DNA of 64,000 nucleotides from Camelus dromedarius (lineage: Eukaryota): positions 118,236,001-118,300,000 of the forward strand of contig NC_087437.1 of assembly GCF_036321535.1 (NCBI RefSeq). The letters run 5' to 3'. A program made the position numbers and the translations under genes. Below the pieces are notes generated by a model. The model was not told the DNA's origin, did no database searches, and saw only the letters and a list, made by a program, of their open reading frames with translations. Numbering within the stretch: the first letter of the stretch is position 1; every line of letters starts with the position of its first letter. This document shows, piece by piece, positions 12,226 to 24,548 of this stretch.

Positions 12226-13442
12226 GATTAGGAAAGTTTTTCACAATTACTAAGAAGCAGCTAAAGCACATTAAGCATGTTGGGGGCATAAGTACAGTGT
12301 AAAATATAAAAGAGGTAAAAAGTTGCCAGGTTGGAGAGCATATGAGGACCTGGGCAGTCTTTTTGGAAACTCCCAGAAAGATTTAGGGGGAAAAAAAGCA
12401 GCCTTTGAAGGGAAGGTAATAGAATAAACATAAAGCTACGTAGGGATGGGGAGGGGCAGGACATCGCTCCCAGACTGGGTGGCGGCAGACTCCCAGGTAA
12501 ACGGGGTGAATGGATAAAGACATTTAGACCTGATACAGGAGGAAACTGGCTGTCAAGATGTCCCCAATACAGGAGGGACAAAGGGGCTATGTAAGGAAAG
12601 AAGGCTTCATCAGCCCAAGAACAAGGTGGCTCATTTTATCAGGTGTTCTTTGAGTAAGCGCTAGGCTGGGTGTCCCTCAAGGACCTCAGCGCACGCTCAG
12701 CCACTGTCATGATGCCGTAATGAACTGAGATGGAACTAGATGAAGAGGGTAGTCCCAGGAATGGAAGGGAGAGAAGGTCATCTCAAAGAATAGCACGTCT
12801 TTTGCAATTTTTCTGAGAGGTGCAGTTTTGAAAACAGAGCTCCTTGAAGATGTGTGCCGTGCTCCCCAACCAGGACTGTGAACAAGTTACCTCTCAGCAC
12901 CAACACCAGGTGAGACAGGGAGCCCCCTGGACCCCACTTCTGCCAGGTGCGTTTCCATAGCTGATGGAAGTTACACTATAACTTTCTCAGTCGGCTGTCT
13001 CTGTCCCTCAGTGTATGGTTCATTTCCATTTGAACTGCGCCACTAAGTAAATCAAGCACAAGCTAAAGAAAGTATGAAGATATAACAAGGAACCCTGAAC
13101 AATACATTTTTATTCTCAATTACTTTGGGTAAAACTCTGAAACCAATTTGTTTGATTTGTGATGCTATTGTTACAGCCTCAAAAACTGTTTCTGATTTGG
13201 AAAGACATTCAAGTAGGTACACCAGGGAACACAACCTAAAGCAGCCAGGTAATTTAATTTTACATGCCTGTTTTATTTCCAGGAAAAATGCATACGTTGC
13301 ACGTAATGGAGAGAGAAAAAAATCAGAGACTGCAGTTTATGATGTCATCTTCATGTGAATGTTCTTTATTATTTCATAAAATGTGACCATATTAATGGCA
13401 AAGAGGTCATGAAAAACATTCATTTTTTGCTACACATGCTAG

Positions 13443-15337
13443 TGTGAATAAAAAATATTTCAATTAATCTTGACAAAGGAGGCAAGAACATACAATGGAA
13501 TAAAGACAGTCTCTTCAGCAAACGGTGCTGGGAAAACTGGACAGCAGCATGTATGTAAATCAGTGAAGTTAGAACACTCCCTTACACCATACACAAAAAT
13601 AAACTCGAAATGGATCAAAGACTTAAACAGAAGACAAGATACAAAAAACCTCCTAGAAGAAAACATAGGCAAAATATTATCTCACATACATCTCAGCAAT
13701 GTTCTCCTAGAACAGTCTACCCAAGCAATAGAAATAAAAGCAAAAATAAACAAACAGGACCTAATTAAACTTACAAGCTTTTGCACAGCAAGGGAAACCA
13801 TAAGCAAATAAAACGACAACCTACGGAATGCGAGAAAATATTTTCAAAAGATGAAACTGACAAGGGTTTGATTTCCATAATATATAAACAATTCATATGA
13901 CTTAAGAAAAAAAACAAACAACCCAATCCAAAAATGGGCAGAAGACCTAAATAAGCAATTCTCCAGTGAAGACATATGAATGACCAATAGGCACATGAAA
14001 AAATGTTCAATATCACTAATTATTAGAGAAATTCAAATCAAAACTACAATGGGATATCACCTCACAACAGTCAGAATGGCCATCATTCAAAAGTCCACAA
14101 ATGACAAATGCTGGAGAGGGTGTGGAGAAAAGGGAACCCGCCTACTCTGTTGGTGGGAATGCAGTTTGGTGCAGCCATTGTGGAAAACAGTATAGAGATT
14201 CCTCAAAAGACTAAAATTAGACTTACCATATGACCCAGCGATCCCACTCCTGGGCATATATCCAGAGGGAACTCTAATTCAAAAAGACACCTGCACCCCA
14301 ATGTTCATAGCAGCACTATTTACAATAGCCAAGACATGAAAACAAACTAAACGTCCATCGACAGATGATTAGATAAAGAAGATGTGGTATATTTATACAA
14401 TGGAATACTACTCAGCCATAAAAAGATAAAATAATACCATTTGCAGCAACATGGATGTTACTTGAGAATGTCATTCTAAGTGAAGTAAGCCAGAAAGAGA
14501 AAGAAAAATACCATATGAGATCACTCATATGTGGAATCTAAAATAAAAAAGACAAATGAACTTATACATAAAACAGAAACAGACTCACAGACATAGAATA
14601 CAGACTTGTGGTTGCCAAGGGATGGTAGAGGGGTGGGGAATGGATAAACTGGGGGATTTGCAGATACTGACTGGTATATATGAAATAGATAAACAAGTTT
14701 ATATTGTATAGCACAGGGAAATATACTCAGTATCTTGTAGTAGCTTATGGTGAAAAAGAATATGAAAATGAATATATGTATATTCATGTATGACTGAAGA
14801 ATTGTGGTGTACACCAGAAATTGTTATATTGTAAACCGACTATACCTCAATTTTATATATATATATATATATAGCCAGCCCTATCAGTAAACAAAGGACA
14901 CTGTGGCCATCATGTCATGAGCTACTACCACCACCCCCAACAGTTAGCAGAGGAAACTCAGAATGCAGACAAGCAGTCAGCCTGGCCTCTGCAGCCACCC
15001 CGGCAGTGCATCCAGAGAGAGGCATACTGGCCCTAGGCAGATAAGGTGCACATCAAAGGAATGATTTCAATGAGCCCAGACTTTTGCACCTTCCCATACA
15101 TAGCACTAAATTCCTTAACTTGAGATATCTGGTTTTCTTTAACAGTAATATTTTGATGTTTCGACTAACTGATCTTTGTTGCAAAAACTCCTGTATATCC
15201 CAGCTTCTTCCTTGCCTTGGTGGAATAGTCTCTTAGAGTGATCTGAGAGGCTGCCTCCTGGGCGCAAGTCCTCAGAAAGTCTGCCTGATAAAACATAAGT
15301 CTCAACTTACAGGTTGTGCACTTTATTTCAGTTGACA
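13443..15337 (+). mobile_element. ERV1 solo LTR (cetartiodactyl MER41-like), split by an L1: pieces about 13443-13458 and 14873-15337
   Basis: Ends ...ataaaacataagtctcaacttacaggttgtgcactttatttcagttgaCA; putative start TGtgaataaaaaatat; flanks CTAG/CTGG resemble a 4-bp TSD. Confidence 0.7.
13460..14872 (+). mobile_element. 5'-truncated lineage-specific L1 (end of ORF2, 3' UTR, (TA)n tail)
   Basis: ORF2 motifs ([46 protein letters not shown]) with frameshifts; 3' UTR gaaaaagaatatgaaaatgaatatatgtat. Confidence 0.97.
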
Positions 15338-15889
15338 CTGGTAACCACAAAATAAGATGGACAGGAACTGATAATAGAATTTTTGTAATAAGGATTGATA
15401 CTATGTCCTATTGTGTCAACACAAATTCAATTCCTTGTTTTTGTTATTAAATGTTTTGTGAGTAATGAATGAAAAAGCAATTCACTGGTTATCATCTATC
15501 TCCTTCCTCTCAGCTAAGGTATTTCAGACCTGCATCTGTACCTTCAGCTGGTCATGGTTCTGTATGGAGCTCAGCCAGTTTCAGGCACTGCCTTAGTTCC
15601 TCCCCTCAGCAGGAGCCCACCCGTGGCCTCTGTTGGTTCATGAGCCTCTTCAGCCAAATCCCCTGCACCTCTCTGGTTCATGTGACTCCCCTCCCCAACT
15701 GCAGAGAGCTGAAGAATGGTGAGCATCTGATGTGCTGGGCAACATGGTACCATTTGGGGGGTGTTTCCTGTCATGCAAATTGGTTGCTACTCATCACATA
15801 TCAGGACCTATAACAAATTCCACAACTTCACCAGATTTGGATTAAGAAACCATTACTGGCATAGTAGAAGCTATGATGACTGGCACACT

Positions 15890-16748
15890 AGAAGCTGTGG
15901 TTGACCAGCACAGAGCCCCTTTTCCAAGCTGGTGTACCCTTCTCCTAGCTGCTGTGAGTGTCAGCCACCCATGCTCTTCAGCTGTACCTCACCCCCACCC
16001 TCACCCCAGAGACTTCTCTGCCAAATGAGAACCAGCTCACCCCACCCCTCCCTGGAGCCCACAGTCAGTCACTGGCTAACCCAGGGTTCAAAAGGGTGCC
16101 ACCTCACAGGTGGCATACATCCTGCAGGAGGACACTGTCTGTCCAGAGCTCTCCTGTGAGGTCAGGTTGAGTCCAGTCTCCAGGTGAAACCATCCCTGAC
16201 TCAGCGAGCTCCTCACTTGGCCCTTCCTCAATCAACCCTTCAATCCTTGTACGAGAATCCCCTTCTCAGGCTCTGCTTCTAGGGAACCCCATTCCTATGG
16301 CTGCTGTCACAAAAGACCACCAACTGGGTGGCTTAAAACAACAATTTATTCTCTTGTGGTCTGGAGACCAGAAGCCTGAAATTTGGCTGTAGATAGGGCT
16401 GGTATTTCTGAAGGCTCTGAGGAAGGAAACACCTCATGTCTTTCCTGGCTTCTGGGATTTGCCAGCAATCCTCGGTTTACCTTGGCTTGTAGATACATCA
16501 CTCCACTGTCTGCCTCCATCTTCACGTGGCTTCCTCTCTCTCTGTCTCTGGTTCCACATCTTCCTCTACTTTCCCTCATAAGGATGACAGGTACTAGATT
16601 TAGAGCCCATCCTAAATCCATGATGGTTTCATCTCCAGATCCTTCCTGGATCTGAAGACCCTATGTTCAAATAAGGTCACATATCCTGAGGTTCCAGGTA
16701 AAAATGGATTTGGGGGACAGGTCAACTCACTACACCAAAACTAAAACA
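15890..16748 (+). mobile_element. ERVL solo LTR, LTR16C-like; last ~14 bp displaced to 16735-16748 by an MLT1 insertion
   Basis: 3' end gaatccccttctcaggctctgcttctagggaacccc resumes as ccaaaactaaaaca after the MLT1. Confidence 0.65.
16291..16734 (-). mobile_element. MaLR solo LTR, MLT1C-like
   Basis: ctgggtggcttaaaacaac; ccttggcttgtagatacatcactcca; aagaccctatgttcaaataaggtcaca; ends caactcactaca. Confidence 0.9.
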
Positions 16749-17974
16749 ATTAAGCAAAGTATCTCCAAGCCAGGGTTAGCAAGAGAAAGCACAGGACACC
16801 TGACCTTCAATCTGACCCCATAGAAAGGCACACTGGGTCAGGACACTATGACGGACATGTGGTGTGGCTGTGAATTCCAGGGAGGTCCCCTCCACCCTGC
16901 TGCTCTTCCTTCTTATAAGGCAAGTATAAGCACAATCTTGCATGCAAGGAAATAATCAGTCCACTGGGGCCCAAGACATGTGGGTTTAGATGCCAGCTGT
17001 CTGCAGCAGTTGTTTGGGGAGGTTGGATGCAGCACCTCGGAGCCTGGGAGACCCACTGGAAGCTGGGTTCAGGTGCACCCCCAATAGGAAGGAAGCCATT
17101 GGTCCCACAGGAAGCTGACACTGGGCTGAGCCCCTCCACACACACACCCCAGGAGAGGCGCCAGCTGGGACACTGCCTGCAGGCAGGAGAGGGCCCCCAG
17201 AGCACCTTCAGACAGTCGTGCTTTGTATACTGCACTGTCCAGGGACCTTCAGCCTGGGACTCGGTTACTGCGAGAGCTCTGTCATTAGATCAGTCTTCTC
17301 TTTCTGAGTTTCTAATATAAAATACAGAGTTGAAGAGCATCAAAGTGATACTGAGAAAGAACATGCATGCTTCATAGTGGGCAGTGAGATCAGAGGCACG
17401 CAGGTAAAAGCAGCTGTGCCCAGAACCCACATGAGTGACCTGAACAGCGGGAACCACAGTGCAGGTGTGTGAACCGCACAGGAGGGCTCGGCGGGATGAC
17501 GTGCTCTCCAGAGCTGTCGGGGAGCTTCAGTCATCTTCCAGTTCTAGTTTCCAGAAGGTCCACCTGCGTATCAGTTCCTTTTCTTCCCTGATACCTGGTC
17601 ACATCGCTGAGGATCCTGGTGTTCTCACTCCAAGTGGATAGTTTACAATAAACAATCATTACCTGTAATGACGTGAGTCAGTCTTATTCTAGCGCATTAT
17701 AATGAGGCAACAGTATATCCCAGAAAATTATGAGGATAAAATTGGTCCAAATATGTGACACTACGTTAAAAACCTTACACGTAAAGCATCTTTACCCTGG
17801 AAGCCACATTAATCACTATTTAGTCTTAACTTGTGTCTCAAGATGAGTCTGAGATACATTTAACGAAACATCTTGCCATGATCACTCAATGAGCTCAACT
17901 CAGATCTTCTAAATAGCCTCAGAAAGCAGGCTGAGGTGGACCACTAAGGTCCTTTGCTACTATTACCCACCTGC

Positions 17975-18470
17975 CATTCATTTATGCATTTGTTCAGTAA
18001 GTGAAGACTGGGGAATAAAATGGTAAGCAGTCAGATGTAAGTATTATGATGCTCATATTTGTACATGAGGCAGATTTAACCAAATTATCATGGAAACAAA
18101 AGTAAAATTACATCTCTGACAAGCGTTACAAAAGATGTCTGATGTTATGAGCTATTTACAAGGGTAATTTTATCAATTCTAGGGTCAGGGATTGAGAAAG
18201 CCAGAAGGAGGAAAAAAAGGTCTTTCAGACAGAGAGAATAGGATGTGTGCAAATCCCTGAGACACTAAAGGAAGCAGAAAGGGTACTGCAATCAAGTTGG
18301 AGCATGACTTAAGATTAGGCTGCAAATTCATCTGGGGAGAAAGCTATTTAGAGCCTTGGGGAATCAAGGTGAGGATACTTGTCTTTGTTCTGTTGGCAAT
18401 TAGCATGCTTTAAGCAAGAGACTAATATGATGAAACTATTCTTTAAAAAAAAAAAAAACCTCACACTGGG
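17975..18470 (-). mobile_element. L2 fragment (probably resumes about 20440-20540)
   Basis: cattcatt tail; ctttcagacagagagaataggatgtgtgcaaatccctgag; tttaagcaagagactaatatgat. Confidence 0.6.
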
Positions 18471-18729
18471 CTTTTAATTCAAGGTGTCAGAATAAGTCTA
18501 CTCATGTTGCCTCTTCTCTCCCGAAGTTTCCTTCAAACACGAATAATAGGCTAAGGAAAAGGGAAAATAACATCACTATGGTGAACAAAATGGATCTATC
18601 AGTAATCAAGAGATCACAACAGATTCTGAAGTGCAGATCTCTCTCATCAGAGGCAAAGATGGCTATTCCACAAGCCCTGACCCCTTACATGATGCTCCCA
18701 GTTTCTCTTCCTATTACTTGATCTTGAAT

Positions 18730-20050
18730 ATAAATGGACAACCAATGGCCATCAGATATTCAAGGAATGCTCATGTCATAAATGAGTAAGACCATGATAA
18801 ATAAACATGAAAAAAAAAACCCTGGATGAGACATAATTCAGAAAACAAAAGAAAATTAAAATCACCTCCATCATCATCATCTCTAATAAATATCCAGCAA
18901 GGAATTCTAGAAGGTAACTTACTGTAAGATGGGAACAGAACAGAAATGGAGAAAATGAGATACATTAACAGAAATGAACTGATTGAAAAAGGCAGATACA
19001 CATCTAACCAGAATCTCAAGAATATAAAAATGAATGCAAATAAATAATTAAAAGAAAGTAATGGTAAAATTTTCTGGACCAACATAAAACATGGAACAAA
19101 AAATCCCCAAAGCACAATATGCTAAGTTAAATAAAAGTTCAAAGTTAAAAGTCATGTCTAAGTGCACTGAGATAAAAATTACAGAACATCAAATACAAAG
19201 GGAAGATCTTAAATGTAGCCAGAGAAAAAGGGGAATTGATCTACAAAAGGGAAACAATTTAAATGACAGCTAACATCCCAACTATACCAATGAAATCCAG
19301 AGACAGTGAGACATTACCTTCAAAGTGTAGAGGGAAAATAACAGTCAATGTAGAAATGTGTACCCAGCCAAGTACCCTTTCATGAAAAGGATGAAATAAG
19401 GACAGTCAGAGATAACAGAAACCAAGAGAGTATACTACAAAGAGACTGGAAATAAAGGAAAATCTAAAGAATATACTTGAAGAAAAAGGAACATGACACC
19501 ACAAGGATGGTCTGAGATCCAAGTAGGAATGAACAAATGAAATGATGAAGCTGTAGATAAATCCAAATAATGTTATCTGACAAAGGTAATAATAAAATAA
19601 TGACTGATTTCTGGATTAAAAAACAAAATGCAGAAATTCACAAAACAATAAGCATATGTATGTCTTGAGATGGGTAATCAAAATCAATGTAGTCCCAAAC
19701 TCTGTCTCCAACAGATGACCACAGACCAGGTGGCTTATAACAACAGACACTTATTTCTCACAGTTCTGGAAGCTGGAAGTGCAAGATCTAGGCACCAGTG
19801 GATTCAGTGTCTGGTGAGGGTCCCCTTCGGTTCATAGAAGGCACCTGTTTGATGCATCCGTACACGGCAGAAGAGGTGAAAGAGCTCTCTGGGCCTCTTT
19901 TATTAGGGCACTGATCCCATTCATGAGGGCTCCATCTTCATGACTTAATTACCTCTGAAAGGCCCCACCACCAAGTACCATCACACTGGGCATTAGGTTT
20001 CAACATACGAATTTTAGGTAGACATAAACATTCAACCTACAGCACCTATT

Positions 20051-20082
<32 letters not shown>

Positions 20083-20330
20083 TGTGGAGGAAGGTGGCTA
20101 GGTTATTATTTAACTATAGACGTTTGTTAGTATAAATGCACATGATAAAATTCCAATGTAAACCTGAACATACAGAAATAGAAAACATTAAGTCCTAAAC
20201 AAGTAGAACAAAAAAGAAAAACTCATTAAACAAATAAAGAAAAGTGAAATACAATAAAGTCAAAAAGTAAGGCAGGAGAAAGAAGTTCAATATATCAATC
20301 ATCACAATGAATGCAAGGAGATGAAACTCG
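18730..20330 (+). mobile_element. Ancient L1M/HAL1 ORF1-region remnant, interrupted by MLT1A
   Basis: A-rich; aagatcttaaatgtagccagagaaaaa...caatgaaatccagagacagtg...ccttcaaagtg...tacccagccaa match the ORF1 C-terminal coding region. Confidence 0.7.
19688..20044 (-). mobile_element. MaLR solo LTR, MLT1A0-like
   Basis: tttctcacagttctggaagctggaagt; gggcactgatcccattcatgagggctcc; acataaacattcaacctacagca. Confidence 0.9.
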
Positions 20331-20724
20331 AGTTTCGTAGCCCTGTCCTAGTTTGGGACAGTAAACTATTGTTTTCCAGTATACTAAACTAAGTTTTAAC
20401 CACGATCAATTTAATAAGATTTTTTTTTTCAAAAAAAGGAATAAGAGATAATCTTGGCTGAACTATGAAAAAAGAGAATAGAGAGATGAAAGGTTGTATG
20501 TCAGGATGTTATGACAGTAGCCTGAGTGAGAGATGATAAACATACTTAAACTTTTTGAGAACATCCTCAGTTATGTCCATGGAATAAATTCTAAGGATAA
20601 AAAATTCTGAGGTCAAACAGATGCCAGTACTTGTGGCCTTTAATATGTATTGTCGAGTTCCCCTCCAGGAAGTGTGCACCATTTAATGCTGCTGCACTGT
20701 GTACAAATACTCTTGTTAAAGTTC

Positions 20725-21125
20725 TTGTTGCATAGGTACCAAGAGCAGGCACTGTTCTAGTTCATAGTAGGGAACGAGGTAGACAAAACTCCTGTCCTCA
20801 TGGATCTACCATTTCATGCAGGGAGGGGAAGAAGACAGACAAAATAAAAAGTGAATCCATAAATAATAATTCCAGATAATAAAATGTTATGAGGAAAATA
20901 AAATAGGTGAGTTGATGGGCAGTGACTTCAGAGTGTGTCGTCAGTGAAGGTCTCTCTGAGCCAGGACTTGGGTGATCTGGAAGAAGAGGATCCCTGCAGA
21001 GGTATGGCAGTGTGAAGGCTGTCAAGTAGAAGTCCTTTGCTCATGGTAGAAGTTCCACCAAGAGCAAAGGTCATGGCCAGGGAATAGAAAAATGCTTGTG
21101 TGGCCAGTGTATAATGAGGGAGGGG
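20725..21125 (-). mobile_element. L2a 3' fragment
   Basis: caggcactgttctag...agacaaaactcctgtcctcatgga...gtcagtgaaggtctctctgag. Confidence 0.7.
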
Positions 21126-21264
21126 CTGGGTGGGCTTTTCTTTCAAACAGAAGACTAAGATTTACATAGACACTCGTGTCCATGAGGAAGGAGGGGAAGA
21201 CAAAGATAACTGATGGGTAGATCAGACCCATAAGTGTGTCTTCGTTCACACAACGTAGGGATCT

Positions 21265-21460
21265 CACCTTTAGTGAGCATTCTTCTGTGCTTGGGACTTT
21301 ATGTGCCAGCTCTTCAATTATAACAGTCAGAGACATCCTCTCCTCCTTTTAATGTTGAGGAAACAGAGTCAGAGGGCTTGTAAGTCACACAGCATGTAAG
21401 TGGTGGAGTCTGGCTTCACACCCAAGAAGTGCTGACTCCAAAGTTCATGGTGTTTCCACC
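21265..21460 (-). mobile_element. MIR SINE
   Basis: ttttaatgttgaggaaacagagtcagag...gtcacacagcatgtaagtggtggagtctggc...tgactccaaag. Confidence 0.75.
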
Positions 21461-23013
21461 ATGAGCAAAGGGACCATTGACTTGGACACTGACACTGTGA
21501 TGAGCTTTAGAAACTGATATGCAACCTCTTCAGCATGTAAACTTGTTAAGGTGAGATGGTTTTCATCACTTTATTTACTATTTATAATTTTATGAACACC
21601 TATTTCCAAATTATATATACTAATTATTGACTCTATTATTTAATATATATCCTACATATAACTGAAAGGTAATTATTATGGAAAACTAAAGAGCAGAAAA
21701 AAATAAGTATGGCAGCATCCTAGGGTGAACTGGTCATTACAAGTAGGAATTAAATTTATCTCTAGTTAATCATCACTATGTCTAGGGTCAAACTAAAAAT
21801 TGTTGTGCCTGATAGTCTTGCTACCTCATGTAATAATAAATTCTGATTCTACTAATTACTAACTTATCTTTAGATTGAGACTTATAATACTGACAGTGAC
21901 TATCTCATGTTAAGATTTTAAAGAGTAAATTGTGTTTATATAAGCCCTTTGGGATGTGGGATATACAAGTGAAAACTGAGTGGTTGTGATGGGTTTCAAA
22001 TGTTTTCAAGTGAGCTGGAAGAGGGAGGCTAGCAGTGACCACTGGTGCACAAGAATCTGAAGGATCCTTACCCAAGACACGTACCACAATTAGATGAAAA
22101 GAAAACTTTAGAAAACATTTACAAGGAAGCCCCAACACACTTATGTGTATGTGAGATCAGGAAACTCAAGGGTTTCCATATCAAACACGGGCTAACTACT
22201 TTGTGAGATCATAATAAAGGAGAATGCTTGTATAATTAAACACAGGAAAGAGTACAACAAAGATTTGGGCCCATCATTCAGGAGAAGACTCAGCAATTCT
22301 AGTGAACAGAAATCTCTTGAGCCCTCGTCTGTGGCTGAAGGATATGGATTTGATTTTTAAACCCTATAGGATCACAGAATCACTGCTGGAGAGAATTCTG
22401 GAAAGACTGAGCAGAGAGGCAGGACCTTGGTGGGATACAAACTACCTTTCCTATTCATCACCAGGGATGTTTTCCCCAAAAGCTACTCCAGGGGCAGTGT
22501 TGTCCTCAACACCTATGGATGAACTCAAAACCTCTTAGTAGCAGCCAATACAATTCATTCATTCAACTTTTTTAAACTGATGATTTATTTTTAATGCTCA
22601 TAGTAAAACATTTATGAAGTATAGGATAGTATAAATTGAGAGCAAAAATGTACCTTTACACTCCTGATCTCAATTACCAAAAGAGGAAACCATAGGAAAT
22701 AGTTTCATATAAACTCTTCTGGATCAAAAGCATATAGTATGTGAAAGTATATAATATGTATGTACTTTTGAAACACACAAACAGGACTAAAATATTATGA
22801 TATTATATACCCTATTTTTGTCATTTGATAACCTATTGTTTTGTCAGTGCACATCTACCTCATTCTTTTTAGTGGCAGTATGATATTTTATCATATGGTT
22901 GCTTCCTATTTTTTGTTACCCTATTGCTGCATAAATATTGCTACTTATGTCTATTGCATGAGACTATCACAGAGTAAATTCCAAGCAAATAAATCATTGG
23001 GTGTTTCCATTTT

Positions 23014-24548
23014 TTTTAAATATTTATTTATTTATTTAAATTTTTTTAACTTTCACACATTTTTAAAGGTTACACTCTATTTATAGTCATTACAAAATAT
23101 CAGCTATAGTTCCCACATTGTACACCCAATAGTTTGTACCTCTCATTACCCCTCTCACTGGTCCCACCTGTCCCACTGGTAGCTACCAGTTTGTTTTCTC
23201 TGTGAGTCTGCTTATTTTTTAGTTACATTCACTAGTTTGTTGCATATTTTTAGATTCCACATATAAGTGATACACAGTATTTGTCTTTCTCTGTCTGACT
23301 TATTTCACTTAGCATAGTGCCCTCCAAATCTATTCATGTTGCTACAAATGGCAACTTTTCATTCTTTTTAATGGCTGAGTAGTATTCTACTGTATATATA
23401 CACCACATTTGCTTTATCCATTCATCTGGTGATGGACACTTAGGTTTCTTCCATATCTTGGCTATTGTAAATAATGCTGTGTGGACATCTGGGTGCATGT
23501 ATCTTTTGAACTGGTGTTTTTGTGTTTTTTGGATATTTATACCCAGGAGTTGAATTGCTGGATCATATGAATGTGTTCTATTTTTAGGTTTTTGAGAAAC
23601 CGCCATTCTGTTTTATATAGTGGCTGCACTAATTTGCATTTTTACCAGCAGTGTACCAGTGTTCCCTTTTCTCCATATCCTTGACAAAATTCGTTATTTG
23701 TGTTCTCTTTTTTTAAATTTGTTTTAATTTTCTTTGGGGGGGGGTAGGTAATTAGGTTTATTAATTTTTTAATGGAGGTACTGGGGATTGAACCCAGGAC
23801 CTCATGCATGCTAAGCACACGCTCTACCACTGAGCTATACCCTCCTCCCATATTTGTGTTCTTTTTGATGACGGCCATTCTGACAGGTGTAAGGTGATAT
23901 CTCATTGTGGTTTTGATGTGCACTTCCCTGATGATTAGTGATGTTGAGTATCTTTTCATATGCCTGTTAGCCATCTGCATTTCCTCTCTGGAAAAATGTC
24001 TATTCAATTCTTCTATCCATTTTTTAATTGGGTTGTTTGTTCTTTTGATGTTGAGTTGTATGAACTGGTTATATAGGTTGGTAATTAATCTTTTATCAGT
24101 CATATCATTTGCAAATATTTTCTCCCCTTCAGTAGGTTGTCTTTTTGTTTTTGTTAATGGTTTCCTTTGCTGTGCAAAAGTTTTTAAGTTTAATTAGGTC
24201 CCATTTGTTTATTTTTGCCTTTATTTCCTTTACTTTAGGAGATGGATCTGAAAAGATACTACTGAGATTTGTCTAAAAGCATTCTGCTTGTGTTTTCCTC
24301 TAGAAGTTTTATAATATCCAGTCTTACAGTTAGGTCTTTAATCCATTTTGAGTTTATGAACAGAACAGAGAGATCAGAAATAAACCCACACACTTACGGA
24401 CAATTAATCTACAACAAAGGAGTCAAGAATATACAATGGAGGAAAGACAGTCTCTTCAATAAGTGGTGCTGGGAGAACTGGACAGCTATATGCAAACAAA
24501 TGAAATTAGAACATTCTCTAAGGCCATATACAAAAATCAACTCAAAAA
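23014..24548 (-). mobile_element. Twin-primed, 5'-inverted L1 (antisense 23014-24356, inverted segment 24357-24548)
   Basis: ORF2 motifs ([29 protein letters not shown]); T-rich tail at left; degenerate 15-bp TSD gggtgtttccatttt (22999-23013) / gagtgtaaccatttt (24549-24563). Confidence 0.93.
23707..23850 (-). mobile_element. tRNA-Ala-derived SINE, Vic-1 type (camelid), inserted in L1
   Basis: Minus strand gggtatagctcagtggtagagcgtgtgcttagcatgcatgaggtcctgggttcaatccccagtacctcca with A and B boxes and A-rich tail; perfect 12-bp TSD tatttgtgttct (23695-23706 / 23851-23862). Confidence 0.93.

Noticed and set aside
12820..13248. Plus-strand exon-like blocks (12820-12909 and 13177-13248)
   Set aside because: First has stops in all frames; second has ordinary splice signals and no partner exon. 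Such matches are expected by chance in 64 kb.
13470..14195. ORFs with L1 ORF2p similarity (also 32629-33483 and 23334-24556)
   Set aside because: Frameshifted C-terminal fragments of 5'-truncated L1s; cannot encode functional ORF2p.
14873..15337. Possible interferon-responsive enhancer in the MER41-like LTR
   Set aside because: I found no perfect TTCNNNGAA (GAS) motif in this copy, and the family assignment is from recall.
23772..23845. Apparent tRNA-Ala gene
   Set aside because: It is the head of a SINE with A-rich tail and TSD inside an L1.
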